From NCBI GenBank assembly GCA_000165425.1, contig CT868418.1, positions 186,001 through 250,000 of the forward strand: a stretch of DNA of 64,000 nucleotides, read 5' to 3'. Numbering within the stretch: the stretch's first letter is position 1; every line of letters begins with the position of its first letter. The translations under genes and the position numbers were made by a program. Below are positions 1 to 13,200 of this stretch, one piece after another. Origin of the DNA: Paramecium tetraurelia. Its lineage: Eukaryota. A model generated the notes under the pieces. It made no database searches. It was not told where the DNA came from and saw only the letters and a program-made list of their open reading frames with translations.

Positions 1-940
1 AATTTCTGGAGCAACATAACCTGGAGTCCCACATCTAGTGTAAATATACTTTCCATCGACCCTATAGAATTCTGCCAACCCAAAATCTGCTATGACTATT
101 GATAATGTGTTTTTGGCTCTTAAGAGAAGGTTGGATGGCTTCAAGTCTCTGTGTAAGATTCCTTTAGAGTGAATATAAAGGAGCGCTTATAACACTTATT
201 TTATTATTAATAAGGATTCTTCTTCCGAAAGATGCTTTTCCTTTATAAAAGTGTATAATTCCCCTTACTCCACCATTTCATATATTAAAATAATCTGTTC
301 ATCACTTTCATATGTTTCAAAAAATTTGGTAATTCCTGGATGGCTTAGACTTCTGATTATTTGAAGTTCCTTTGTTATCAATAAGTAATCTTGATAGTTA
401 ATAATTGTCTTCTTGTCAAATACTTTGGCAGCAAAGTCTCTTTGGGTAATTCTTGATTTTATTTTGAACACCTAAGATTTTTTAAATATTTTAATACTTT
501 ACTAAATGTACCTTTTCCCAGTAACCTATGGATACTATACTTGTTAGCGAAATCTTGTTGAATGCAATAAAATCTTAATTATTCAAGCCAGGCTATCGTC
601 ATACCATATAATTCAATAACCTGACCTGCCTTAGTAATTCTGATTCCAGCACCGTAATTAGGTTGTTCAATTTCACAAATTGTTGCATTGAGAATATCTG
701 CGATTTGATATTACCCCTGAGAATAGGATGAAATATTATTACATTCTTTTTTCTTTTAAAAATGAAATGATTTTACAAATACAATGTCTTAACCTTATAG
801 CTATTGTGTTTGCAAGAGTAAATGTAAAAATTTTCTTAAATTGACTCATTTATATTGCGGGAAGCCGTTGTATTCTGCCATAAAGAGCCTTTTGATATGT
901 CAAAGAATGAAGTTGAGCTCACTTACTTCTTTATGTTCAT
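1..940 (-). CDS. Ser/Thr protein kinase (CAMK-like) with N-terminal PH-like region; 3' end runs off the window
   Basis: ATG at 940. Ciliate-code translation gives GKGTFSK|VFKIK, FAAK, HRDLKPSN, ADFG and YTRCGTPGYVAPE. 26-nt GT..AG intron at 472-497. The PH-like call is an inference from length and composition. Confidence 0.9.
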
Positions 941-1194
941 AATTTTAATCAAAATACCCTAATCAAAATTCTAAATTTATATTATAAGTTATTATAATAT
1001 CTTAGAAGTTAATTATACTTAATAAAATTTTTGTCCATATGGATATATATTTTATTTTTACCAATTTATTACAAATAGGCTTTGTAATTATATTTATAAT
1101 GCAAATAGGATATAAACAAAAAAAGTGTAAAATTAGATAACTTGATGACCACAATATTTTATATTGGTATTTATAACTCGATATTATTATTAAT

Positions 1195-2631
1195 TCAAAT
1201 TTGTATAGGTATTCTTTGTAAATTTTGGGGCTTCCCAAATGGACCTTATAAAGGAGAGAAATTAGCGGCGTTAATTCTAGAGGGTGATTACAAAGGGGAG
1301 ACACATGATTATACAAATCTACTCTTTTGATCTTGAGGTGATTTAAGCTCTAATTTTGGACTTTATAAAGGTGAAGTTGTTCGGGAATCCCCTTGAGAAG
1401 GAATGCTGCCCAAACTACTCTAACTTCCGTATTGTTAGAAAACTGTTATATGTTTTCTAAAGAACGAACTTTATTTAATTTGATCTATAGAATATCTCTT
1501 AATAGGGTTTGGATCTAACATTCCTCTTAATAAATCAAGACATTCAATAGTAAATTGAAATTTAGTTAAATCTACCCATCCATTAAAATTGGCCATAACT
1601 GTTTAATCATAATTATTTGAATCGAATGGTCCTTTACCTACTAACAAGTAGTAGAACAGTATTCCACAACTATAGATATCAACTTTATAATCATAAATTT
1701 TATCTTGCAATAATTCCGGTGCAACAAATCCGGGAGTACCGCATCTTGTAAACATGTACTTGCAATCCTTTCTGAAGTAATCAGCCAATCCAAAATCAGC
1801 TAATACCACCTATTCTATCATTCCTTGCTCTCTCAGAATGATGTTTTCGGGCTTTATGTCTCTATGAATAATCCCATGAGAATGTATGTAGTTCAAGGCT
1901 TCTATCACTTATTGAATCACTATGAAAGCTCCATACTCTGAAAAGGTTCGAGTCTTCTTCAATTCTTAATGAAGCTCCCCTCCATTGAACAGCTATTGAA
2001 TCAAAAATATATATTGTTCGTTTTCATAGGTTTCAAGAATTGAAACTACATTTTCATGGTTCATTATTCTCATTAATTCAATTTCCTTAAGCAAAGCTTG
2101 TCGATCTTAGGTTTTGAATGTGGTTTTATCAAATAGCTTCACAGCATAATCTTTTTTATCTCGTAAACTTTAAATTTTATAAACCTAAAATGATCAGTTT
2201 TCTTCATACCTTCCCAAAACTACCCTTTCCAACTAGTTTAATCATGCAGTACTCCTTCTAAAAGTTTGGTTACACACACCATTTTTTCATACTGGAGAAC
2301 CAATGGTCGGCGATTCCATAAAATGTGAAATTTGCTCCGTTTTTCGTTATTGAAATTCCTTTTCCCATTTGAGGATGGTTCACGTATTCAAGCAAGGCAT
2401 TCGTTATATTGTAATACTTTTGAGTTGTTTTCTAAAGAATATAAAAATAGATTCTACATTAGTACTAAATTTGATCAAGTAATTTCGTTGTAGCACTAGA
2501 GTCTTTAGCTTGAACTTCTCATTTTTGAGTACGTAGAATTGATCCTTTAAGGATTTTGAAAATATTTCGATGGGTCTTTTCAACTCAAAGGGTGATGTGA
2601 AATCAAAGAACGATTTTTGATCTTAATTCAT
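1195..2631 (-). CDS. Ser/Thr protein kinase (CAMK-like) with PH-like N-terminus and Ser/Pro-rich tail
   Basis: ATG 2631, TGA 1195-1197. Motifs [46 protein letters not shown]. 25-nt intron at 2185-2209. Confidence 0.92.
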
Positions 2632-3601
2632 TTCTCGATTAATTATTAATAAATCTTACAATAACAACTTATTCAAAATTTAAAGCAAGCGAATAAACGC
2701 AAAAATCACTACAATACTAAACAATAATAAATGATATTAAATTTGACTTTAATACTATGTCTAATAAAATAAATTATATTAATTATTATCAGGGATTTTA
2801 AAATGAAATTATCATTTTTATTGATATTTTATATAATCATTACCTAATAGTATGGATGAATTAATCTTCATTAGACTTAGATTGTCTTAACTTGGCGGGA
2901 AGGCTTCAGGTTTTTCATAATGTATCATTCCTTTGATGAGACTCTTGAACATTCTTCAAATAAAACTGTATTCAAATTTTGAGTTTTTACTTTTATTTAA
3001 TAAAAATTCATATTCTCACGATTAATATATTGGTATTAGTTGTAAATAAAAATAACTTTTAGTTTATTAATTTTGAAACTCTCTTAAAAGTTAAACTATA
3101 TTATTATATCTTACAGATATTACAAAAGTAGAGGTAATTGAATATGATTTGTATATATTAAAACATAATATTGGCTCTTTAATAATTTAGAGGTAATAAA
3201 TATGAATTATATATTCAAAATATTATATAAATATCTTGATTGAAATTAACAAAGTAAAAAAGAAGTTAGTTGAATATGTGTTTCTATATTAGTTTTAAGT
3301 CATATTTTATTAGAATGTAATAGGAATCATTAGCATTTTAATAAAGAAAGATTTGTATTAAAAGTAATAACGGCTATTTTTTTGACAATTAATATTAGTA
3401 TCACTGCCGAAATATGGATTCAGAGATTGAAGAATTTAGCATTGATAATCATGGGAAAGATTTGCTATTCATAAATTAAAATTATAATTATAAAATGAAT
3501 TAATTGACAATATAAAAAACATGCAGGAATTAAAGAGGCTCTATAATTACACATATATGAAATAATGTATGATGTGAATATATTTGGATATTAATATTTT
3601 T

Positions 3602-4217
3602 TCATTGGAGGAATGATGATGATGCTTCGTCCAAAGAAGGCATCTCAATATCTGGGTTTTATTGGGGCTCTTCATCGGAGTTCTATACTTCCTCTAATGT
3701 GCCATCTCCTTCGGTGACGACTGGAATATAATAGGATTCATTGACATCATCTTAGGCTACATCTGGGGCTTAGTAGTTTGATTCTGCTTGCATCTCAATG
3801 TTGGGGACGTTGTTGAAGTCTTCAGCTGTTAATAAGGCCTATTGGACTTGTTATTCGGTCATTAATTCGGAAGAAAGCTAAATATATGACAATACTTACA
3901 TCTTCATCTTGATTCATGAGAATGAATTAATCAGTTTCTTGTTGGATTTGAACAAATCCAGTTTGTTGGCTGTGTTGGATGGCTTTTTTTAAGCTGCTGT
4001 CTTATTTTTTCTAGGCTGTCTTGAGTTATTGAGTTCTGGGACTAGTAAATGAATCAACATCATATTCAATTTATGCATGTGATTATTAATATGCCTTGTT
4101 GTCAATGTGAATTAGATTGGGTGTTGCTCTAGATTAGGTATGGTTTATAAAGTACTTTCTCTTCTTTTGAGCAGCCATCACTGAGAGGGCTAATACCGCG
4201 ATAACTAGTATTCTCAT
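3602..4217 (-). CDS. Small acidic secreted protein (~197 aa), possible dense-core granule/trichocyst cargo
   Basis: Signal-peptide-like MRILVIAVLALSVMA. 22-nt intron at 3878-3899. D/E-rich C-terminal half ending ...ASSSFLQ-TGA. Function is inferred only. Confidence 0.8.
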
Positions 4218-4247
4218 TATCGTTTTTTAGAATAATATATTAATTAA

Positions 4248-7200
4248 ATGGATTCTCATTCGTATAACAATGAAAGAACAATTAAAAAATGGGGCTTGAT
4301 AACAGTTAGACCGCCTGCTCATTAAATGAATGGTACAAATCACAATATCATATTTCAGACAGATCAATCGTATCAAACGTCCCTGATATGGCTGTACCTG
4401 ACAACATGATCACAACATCAAAATACTCCTCGATTATTACATTCATCCCATTAAATTTGATAGAGCAATTCTCAAAGTTGGCTAATGTTTACTTTTTGGT
4501 TATTGCTATAATGCAGATGATCTCAGCAATTAGCATAACAAATGGTTAACCTGTGATTATGGGGCCATTATCAATAGTTGTTTGCATTTCAATGATCAAG
4601 GATTTTGTTGAGGATTACTAGAGACGCAAATCAGACAATGCAGAAAACACACGCAAAACCTACTTAATTCGCACAAATGAAGTTCCCAGAGAAGCTCAAT
4701 GGAGTGAATTAAGGATTGGAGATCTAATCAAGGTTTAGAAGGATGAACAAATACCTGCTGACATCTTATTAATGCAAACATCAGATAAGAAAGGGAATGC
4801 CTTTATTGAAACAAAAAATTTAGATGGGGAAACCAATTTGAAATGCAAAAATATTCAAAAAAATCTAAAGTAACTGTAAGAACAAAGTGAGGATGCTCTA
4901 TTGGCATTGAGAATGACCATAAAATATGAACGGCCAAATCCGTATTTGTATCAATTCACTGGATCTGCTGAAATTAATAATTAACAAATTCCTCTTAGTG
5001 AGAAAAATTTCATTTTAAGAGGTTGTGTTTTAAGGAATGTCAATTATATCTATGGAGTTGTTTGTTATAACGGACATGACTCAAAGATTATGCTTAATTC
5101 AATTAAGGCATAGCCTAAGCGCAGTCATTTAGAACGAACAATGAATTGGTTCATTATTGTGATTTTTCTATTATAAGTAAATATCCAGTATGATTAGTTT
5201 CTAGATGTTCATGTGTGGATTAGGAGGCTATTTGAATTCTTCATGGTAGCAGATTCATAATTCATAATTATCATATTTGGATATCTTGATTACAGATCCA
5301 GAGCATAATTTTGTTAAAAATCTATTCGTAAGTACTCACAATTTAATTTTAGATAAAATGGGGTAATTGGATTCTCATTTTCACCAACTTCGTTCCAATC
5401 TCATTGCTTGTCTCATTAGAAATGGTTAAATATTTCTAAGGAATGTTGATAACCCAGGATTAAGGAACATATTCAGCTGAATATGATATAAAAACAGCAG
5501 TCTAATCATCCAATCTGAATGAGGAACTTGGTTAAGTGGATTACATATTTTCTGATAAAACAGGAACATTGACAAAGAACCAAATGGATTTCAAATGTCT
5601 CACAGTCAATAAAAAGTCATATGGAAAAGAAGCAACCTTAACAAATGAAGAAGTGTCCAAATTAGCTTAAGTTTCAAATGTTGATTTCAGAGATAAAGCC
5701 TTCTTTAATGATTTGAATTAAACTCCAGGGAAGGGACCACTTCATGAGTTCTTGCTTTGTCTATCATTATGTCATACTGTTGTTACTGAAAATAAAAATA
5801 GTCAGCTACTTTACTAAGCCTCATCCCCTGATGAATTGGCCTTGGTCAATTTTGCAAGATATTGCGGTTATACCTTTGAGGGATTAGATGCATCAAACAG
5901 CATGGTAGTAAATATTAAGGGGGACATCAAGAATTATCAATTGTTGCATGTACTTGAATTCAATAGTACAAGAAAGAGAGTATCTGTAATCGTTTAGGAT
6001 CAAGCCAATCAAATTATCCTGTATACAAAGGGAGCTGATTCTGTTATTGAACCATTAATGAAACCTGTTGTTCCTTAATTAAAAGAGAAAACTTGGAATG
6101 ATCTATAAGAATTTGCATCGATTGGCTTAAGAACTCTTCTATTAACAAGGAGAATATTGCCTCTGTCCACTTATAAAGAATGGGAAAAAAGCTATCTACA
6201 AGCTTGTTCTGCTATATAAAATCGAGAGAACTTAATGATGGAGTCTCAAGCAAAAATAGAATAAGAATTAGAACTTATAGGGGGAACAGCCATTGAAGAT
6301 AAATTATAAGAAGATGTAGGCCCAACCATTTAATACTTAAAAGATGCAGGTATTAAAGTGTGGGTATTGACTGGAGATAAAATAGAAACTGCTATCAATA
6401 TTGGTTATTCTTGCTAATTATTGAATGATTCCTTATAATAAATCATAGTTGATGGAAATGATGAATAAGTTATTAGAAATGAATTAGAAAAGGCTATCCA
6501 AAAAAGCCAAAATAATAATAAAAATGCATTGGTGATCTCTGGCAACGCTTTAATCATAGCTATGAAACCGGAACTTTCATTAAAAGTAATGTAAATTGCT
6601 GAAAGATGTGAGGCTGTAGTAGCTTGTAGAGTTTCACCAAAATAAAAATAAGAAATCGTCTCCTTAGTTAGATAAAATAAACCTAATGTTACTACTCTTG
6701 CCATTGGAGATGGTGCTAATGATGTCAACATGATTACAGCTGCTCATATTGGAGTTGGAATTAAAGGAGTAGAAGGCTAGCAAGCAGCTAGGGCTTCTGA
6801 TTATGCTGTTGGGGAATTCAGAATACTTAAAAGGTTAACACTTTATCATGGAAGAGAGAGTTATAGGAAAAACTCAACTCTTGTAAATTACAATTTTTAT
6901 AAAAATATGCTTCTAGTCCTACCTCAATATTGGTGGGCTGTAAATAATGGATTTTCGGCTGTTATGTTTTATGACTAGTTACTCTATTAAAGTTACAACC
7001 TATTTTTCACTAGTCTTCCTATTGTATTATATGCTATTTTCGATGAAGAATTTTCTGGTGATGTTCTCACTTCAAGTAAATCTATCTCTCTATTGTAGAC
7101 CCCAGTCTTTATGACATAGGAATTAAACACAAATTATTCAATGTTAAAATATTCTTGTATTGGGTCATTAATGGCACCATCTAAGCTGGCATCTTATCAT

Positions 7201-7765
7201 ACCTAACCTTCCGAAGTTATGAAGCCTCATCTATTTATAATGGCATGACGGCTGGCTTATGGACTACTGGTGCCATTGTGTTAGGATATTCAGTACTGAA
7301 TAGCAATATCAAAGTAATCAATTTCATAAATCAAACTAGATTATTCTATTTAGTAACACCTACTCTATTGGAGTTATTGTCGGGCTTTTCGGATCTGTCT
7401 TCATATATCTCTTGTTATTTATTTTAGTTTCAGAGAAAATGCCAAAATCTGATATGTCAAATAGCCAAAGTGCTAGCTTTTGTCATATGAAATTCTACTT
7501 GACTTCGTTATTAGCTATCGGAGCTACATCCATTTTTGACTTGGCTCTGACTAAATTAGCTCAGTGGTCTTAATATGCCCAGGCAGTAATCTAACACGAT
7601 AAAGTATATATGCTAATTTAATAATAGCACATTGAATTACAAGATGAGCAATAATTGCACCAGCCTTCCCCAAATACACAATTTTAATTGAATAACTCCT
7701 CAGTTCCCAAATCCCCAATCAAACGAGGCTACACAGGTTTTGCATTTTCTTAGGAAGAACATTGA
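4248..7765 (+). CDS. P4-type ATPase (phospholipid flippase, Drs2/ATP8A-like)
   Basis: Motifs [39 protein letters not shown] (~5550), [62 protein letters not shown]-terminal GYTGFAFSQ. Several 22-27-nt introns (e.g. 4333-4358). Confidence 0.97.
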
Positions 7766-7977
7766 CATTGAAAATAAATGTTGTTATTTTATAAAATTAG
7801 TTATTCTTCAAATAGTATCGTTCTTTTGGGTTGCATTAAGAATTCGATTTTTATAGTTTAATTAGAATTAGAATTAAACAATTGTGTTAAAATTGAATAA
7901 ATATTCTTTATTTAAGGAATTTTTTTTTTTTTATAATTCAATTTATTTAATCCAATTTATTTTCAAAATATCTTTGG

Positions 7978-9670
7978 ATGGAGGTTTTGAACGATGCTTA
8001 TCAAAAGGGTGAAGTTCTTAATGAAGATGAATACAAAATTGTCAGAAAAATTTACAAAAAAAAAAATGAAAAATAATATATTTCTCTAGAGATTAAAAAG
8101 ATGAACCTATCAAGAGAAGAATTTAATAAATTAACTTAATTTAGGTTCCTGAATATTCTCCCTTATAAAAGTTGCAAGTATGATTCTGAGATGCCTTCTA
8201 TAAAATATTAAGATTTTCAGAAGTATTTATTAATGGAAAATCAAATAAATAGTGAAAATGCAAAACTTATTGCCTTATAATTAGGTTTATGTATAATTAA
8301 ATTTATATATATATAGTGAGTGCTGAGTTGTAAGACAGAAATATGCTTTGGTTTTTAAATTCTATTACTTAATTATATTTGAATGAAAACCAATTATATG
8401 TTTCTTTAATCGAATATGACTTTGGCTAATCAAAGGAGGGACAATCCCAACTCTAAATATTATAAAGATTTTTTGAGAAATATTTTTGTGATAAAATTCC
8501 AGGATTGTCTGATGTAATACATTAAAGTCAAACCTTTGATACTATTATAGATTTTCTCTTAAAAATTAATGGTAACTTTGATAGAACTGATAAATTAAAT
8601 ATTCCATATCAAAATTTATTGGGATTTCTTTTTAAAGTTAATGCGTTTAGCACCATATATGATTAAAATAAATCTGTGGTAAAATCATTTGCAAAACCTA
8701 AAAGCTTTCTTTAGGCAAATGAAACAAGTGATATTGAATTAGTTTACAAAACTTAGAGGCTAGACTCAAGTGATGATTAAACAGTAAGAAGAGAGATAGA
8801 AATTTCTTAAGAAATATAAAACTCTTCTTTTCTCATAAAGATATTTGCCTACTTGAAAATTAAAAAGTAAACTTTCATTTTCATGAGAAAATATCAAGGG
8901 ACTCTAGCAAAAAGATTGGAGACATTAAACAATTTAACTCTTCAAGAAAGAAAAAAAACTGTCATTAAACTATCTTTTAGATTTATAAAAGGTATGTATC
9001 TATCAATTATCCTTTTAGCTATAAAGGCTATGTAGGATTTGAAGATTATTCATAGGGATTTAAAACCGGAGAATTTATTCTTAGATAATCTAGATTTATA
9101 ACTTTCTAATATCATAATCGGCGATTTTGATTGTTCTAAAAAGCTCCAAGATCGTGATTGTGATAGAGATATGAGCATAAACCATTAGAGCAATACTTAT
9201 AAGTACGATGCTCCTGAAATAAAATATTCTTTTGAATATGATATTTTCTAATATGCATTGATCGTGTTAACTATTGCAAATAATAATAAATATATTGGAA
9301 AGGAAATTGTGGGTTGCAGAAATTTGAATGAATAAGACCACGAAGAATACTATAGTAAAGAGTCTTTACTTAAAAATTCGAATCTTTCATAATACCCCTC
9401 AGATTTTATCGATATGATTAGTAAGTGTTTAAAAAGAGATCCTCAATAAAGGCCAACAAATAAAGATATCTACGAATATACCTCATCTTTATATTACTTA
9501 GGAACGATAAAAGTGGAAAATACTGTATAATAAATCAGTGAAGTTTAGACAAGACAAAATTAGAATTATCAACCATTACTATCAGAAAATCTAACGTAAT
9601 AGTAATAGTAATAATAATAGTAATAGCAATAATCATAATTGTAATAATAATAGTAATAATAATAACAGTA

Positions 9671-9724
<54 letters not shown>

Positions 9725-9871
9725 GTAGTAATAATAATAATAATAATAACAGTAGTAATAATAATAATAACAGTAGTAATAATAAATAATAATAATAAAT
9801 AATAATAATAATAATAATAACGAGTAGGGGAGTTAATAATAATAATAATAGTAATAATAATACTAATAGTA

Positions 9872-9910
<39 letters not shown>

Positions 9911-10103
9911 GTAGTAATAAGAATAATAATAATAGCAATAATCATAATAGTAATAATAGTAATAGTAATAATTATAATAATAATAACCATAATAGTAATA
10001 GTAATAGTAATAATAATAGTAATAACAGTAATAATTACAATAATAATCATTTTTAGTAAGAGAAAACAAGAAAAATAGAATAAAAATATATGAATAATAA
10101 TGA
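7978..10103 (+). CDS. Atypical protein kinase (DFD, no Gly-loop) with degenerate kinase-like N-terminal half and C-terminal polyglutamine tail
   Basis: ATG 7978, introns at ~8285-8316 and ~8992-9018. Motifs IIHRDLKPEN, IGDFD, YDAPE, CLKRDPQQRP. The frame continues through the TAA/TAG tract to TGA 10101-10103. Confidence 0.8.
9597..10046 (+). repeat. (TAA/TAG)n trinucleotide tract encoding polyQ
   Basis: About 450 nt of TAA/TAG with interspersed CAA and CAG in the same frame as the upstream kinase. Confidence 0.95.
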
Positions 10104-10284
10104 TTCTATATTCTATTTAATTAAATTATCTTAAATTATATATTGTTATTATGTAAGTATAATGATTTTAGTACTGTGCTTGTATATTTTTATAGTAACA
10201 AATTGCAGGGGTTTTTCAAATAGAAAGAAAATAAACATTTATTTTAAAAATATTATTATATTTTTCTAATATTTTATGTCAATA

Positions 10285-13200
10285 TCAATTGATTCTGGAG
10301 TCTAGAGCTGTGTGGTCTCTTTCATCAATCACTTGTCTTTGCTAATTATTTTATATTGGCTTTCTCTTTTTATACTTCCAGACACCATACGCCACAATTC
10401 CCATGATGAAGAGTGCTCCTAAACAAATAATTATAATATAATAAAAAGGTAAACCAGTTTAAACTTCTACTTCATTTGACAATTCAACTTATTTCGTTTC
10501 TATACATTATCCTTAAAGCAATGCGTAATTAGATTCACATATCAAACATATATCATTAGATTAACATTCACTGCAATATTCAGGACAAATAAGTACACAA
10601 TCCATATTATCTGAAAGAGTGTACCCAATTTCGCATTCAATTTCGGAACAAGTTTGATTGAGTGAAACTTCGTATCCTAATGTGCATTCGGTACATTAAT
10701 TTGGAATGGTACATGATACACAATTCAATCCACAATCTATTTAGCAGAAGTTATTTTCAACATAGTATCCAGCTTGGCAATTTTAGCAAACAGAGTTGCT
10801 CAAACAAGATAAACAATTCAGTGGACATATTATTGATGTTTGATTATTTTCTACTGTTGGATTTTGTATAATTAAGCTAGAAATATTGAATAATTGTAGA
10901 TAGAAATTGTCTAATGTATTATTACCAGCAGCTGTCCATGTGATGTAAAATTCATCATCATTTAACACCTAAACACCTGGGTTTTTGGGATAAAGTCCTT
11001 TTCTCGTAACCTAAGTTTAATTTGAGATTTGTAGTCCATCACTATCAAATATCTAAAATACAATATCCTTAGATTTCAGAGACTTATCAACTGTCCTCCA
11101 AACAATAATAAATCCATATCCAAATGATGTAACATAGGGATGCTCTTCCCCATAGGAAGGACTAGCGAATAATTTTGCTTCAGACAAAATCTTATCTAAA
11201 TTCATAATCTGATATGATAGAATATATTAAGGAGGAGATATATTTGTGCTAACAGCTTCAAAGACGAAAACAATATATTTATTCTTCAAATTTGTAGATT
11301 TGAATGCTTTAGCCTCACCAACTTCTTTAGGCTCAGTAACGATATCACCTTAGGTTGTAATTTAAGCCAAGAAAGTAGCACCTTCACTTGAAAAGGTAAT
11401 AGATATCAAACCATCCTCATCACTAGATATCATTGGTACTTTAGATATATCTGCATTATCTAAAATCTACATTTATCCAATGGGTGCTAGACTATTACTA
11501 AATGATTATAAGAACATAGTTGCTGTATTTAGAGATTATTCAGCTTGATTGAAGAACCCAATAACAAAATTATTATTTGCAGTTTTTTTGATAATGCAGG
11601 GAGCAGCAATACCATCTAGATTCTATTTGGGTATTTCAGTAACCTAAATTGATTTGGTTAAGGCTTGACCAGCGACATCAAACTTCTTAAGATTCACCTT
11701 CATGTCTCCAACAATTTAATCCACCCATAAAATAACAAAGTCCTTATCAAATGTGGCAATATCTGAAAACAGTGTTTTTGCTGCCTTACCGGTAGATGCA
11801 GATTATAACAATCTTCTATTTCCTAGTTCATCCATGTTAACCTAGGTTTTGGTTCCTATCTTCTGACCACTCTTTTTATACAATTAGAAATACACACCAG
11901 CATTAGGTCCTTCTTCAGACCATAAAGCAATGTAATCTCCATTGGGGAATGTTGCAATTAAAGGCTCAGATATGCTGATTTCACCAATCACATCTTCGAG
12001 CACAACGCATTCAGTTTTTGTTTTACTCCAATAATAAGAATCATCGCATTGTTTACAAACAGGGGGAGCAGTACAAACCAAGCAATTGGGTCCACAAGTT
12101 CCTATGCATTCAGTCATATCTTATTGACTTTAATAAAAGTTTTTAGGACATTATAAGCAATGTTGGAAAGTATTGCATAATGAGCAGCTTTCTTTGCATA
12201 TATTCTTTTCGCATTGATTATTTGATCTTATTGAATAACCTTCTTTGCAAGATGAGCATATTGTTGGTGAACTGCAAACCAAACAGGTATCAGGACATTA
12301 TGGCTCACATTTATAGGTATTTGGATTCAAAGCATAATTAGTGATACACGTTTAACATGTATATTCATTTGAACAAGTTGCACATTCTGCTAAGCAAATC
12401 AGAGTTGGAGAAGGTAGCAATTAATTTTGATCTGTAATTCTCAAATAATAATATTAATATTTAATTTATAAACTGACTGTTGTATAAGAGGATAGCCATT
12501 GTATAGCTATTTAGTTAGTGTTAATGACTTTTGCATAGTATAATTTAATGTTATTACTTATGGTGTTCAATTATTTGGTTTAAGATATAAATATTCCAGA
12601 TTCTTCATAAAATGAGATACTCAATTATGAATAGGTGATAGAGATGAAGTTATTCCATATTATAGCAAATCTGCCCTGTAAGATAATGATTTGAGGGTTC
12701 TCCAATTTTCCATTTGAATCAGCAACCACTTGGTAATCTGTGATTCTTTGAAGGTCACTATTAAGTAGAGTATAATAGATTTGACTCTTCGAAGTCAGGG
12801 ATTAGGTTGATCCTGTTTTCCAGGTTAATACAAAGTTAGTATTCTTGAGTTTTCTTATGGTAAAGGATTCTATAAAAATGGTGTACTAGAGAGTAAATTA
12901 GTTTTCTGTTATTTTAACATCCTTGAAATCTAGGTTGTAATTGTATAGTCTCATTAAGTAGTTTTAATTAATTTCAATGATAACAATGGAGTCCAAATTG
13001 AAACAAATTTGTCCATATCTTAATTACCTTTTCATTTCCAAAAGTCTATTAGGACTTGTAATTCTTAAGTAATTTTTGGTTATTTTATATTCGAATACTT
13101 CATATTTCATAAAATCTGAGATTCGTGAATAAACAACCTAATATTGGGTATTTTGATAATATAAATATAGAACAAAATCGTTGTATGCATTTTGATAGAC

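Noticed and set aside
2650..3590. Long AT-rich gap with short open frames near 2850-2950
   Set aside because: No recognisable motif, terminal repeats or convincing gene model. It cannot be called a gene, ncRNA or retained IES from sequence alone.
9535..10069. Poly-Ile, poly-Leu and poly-Tyr ORFs on the minus strand in the ORF track
   Set aside because: They are antisense read-outs of the TAA/TAG polyQ tract of the + strand kinase.
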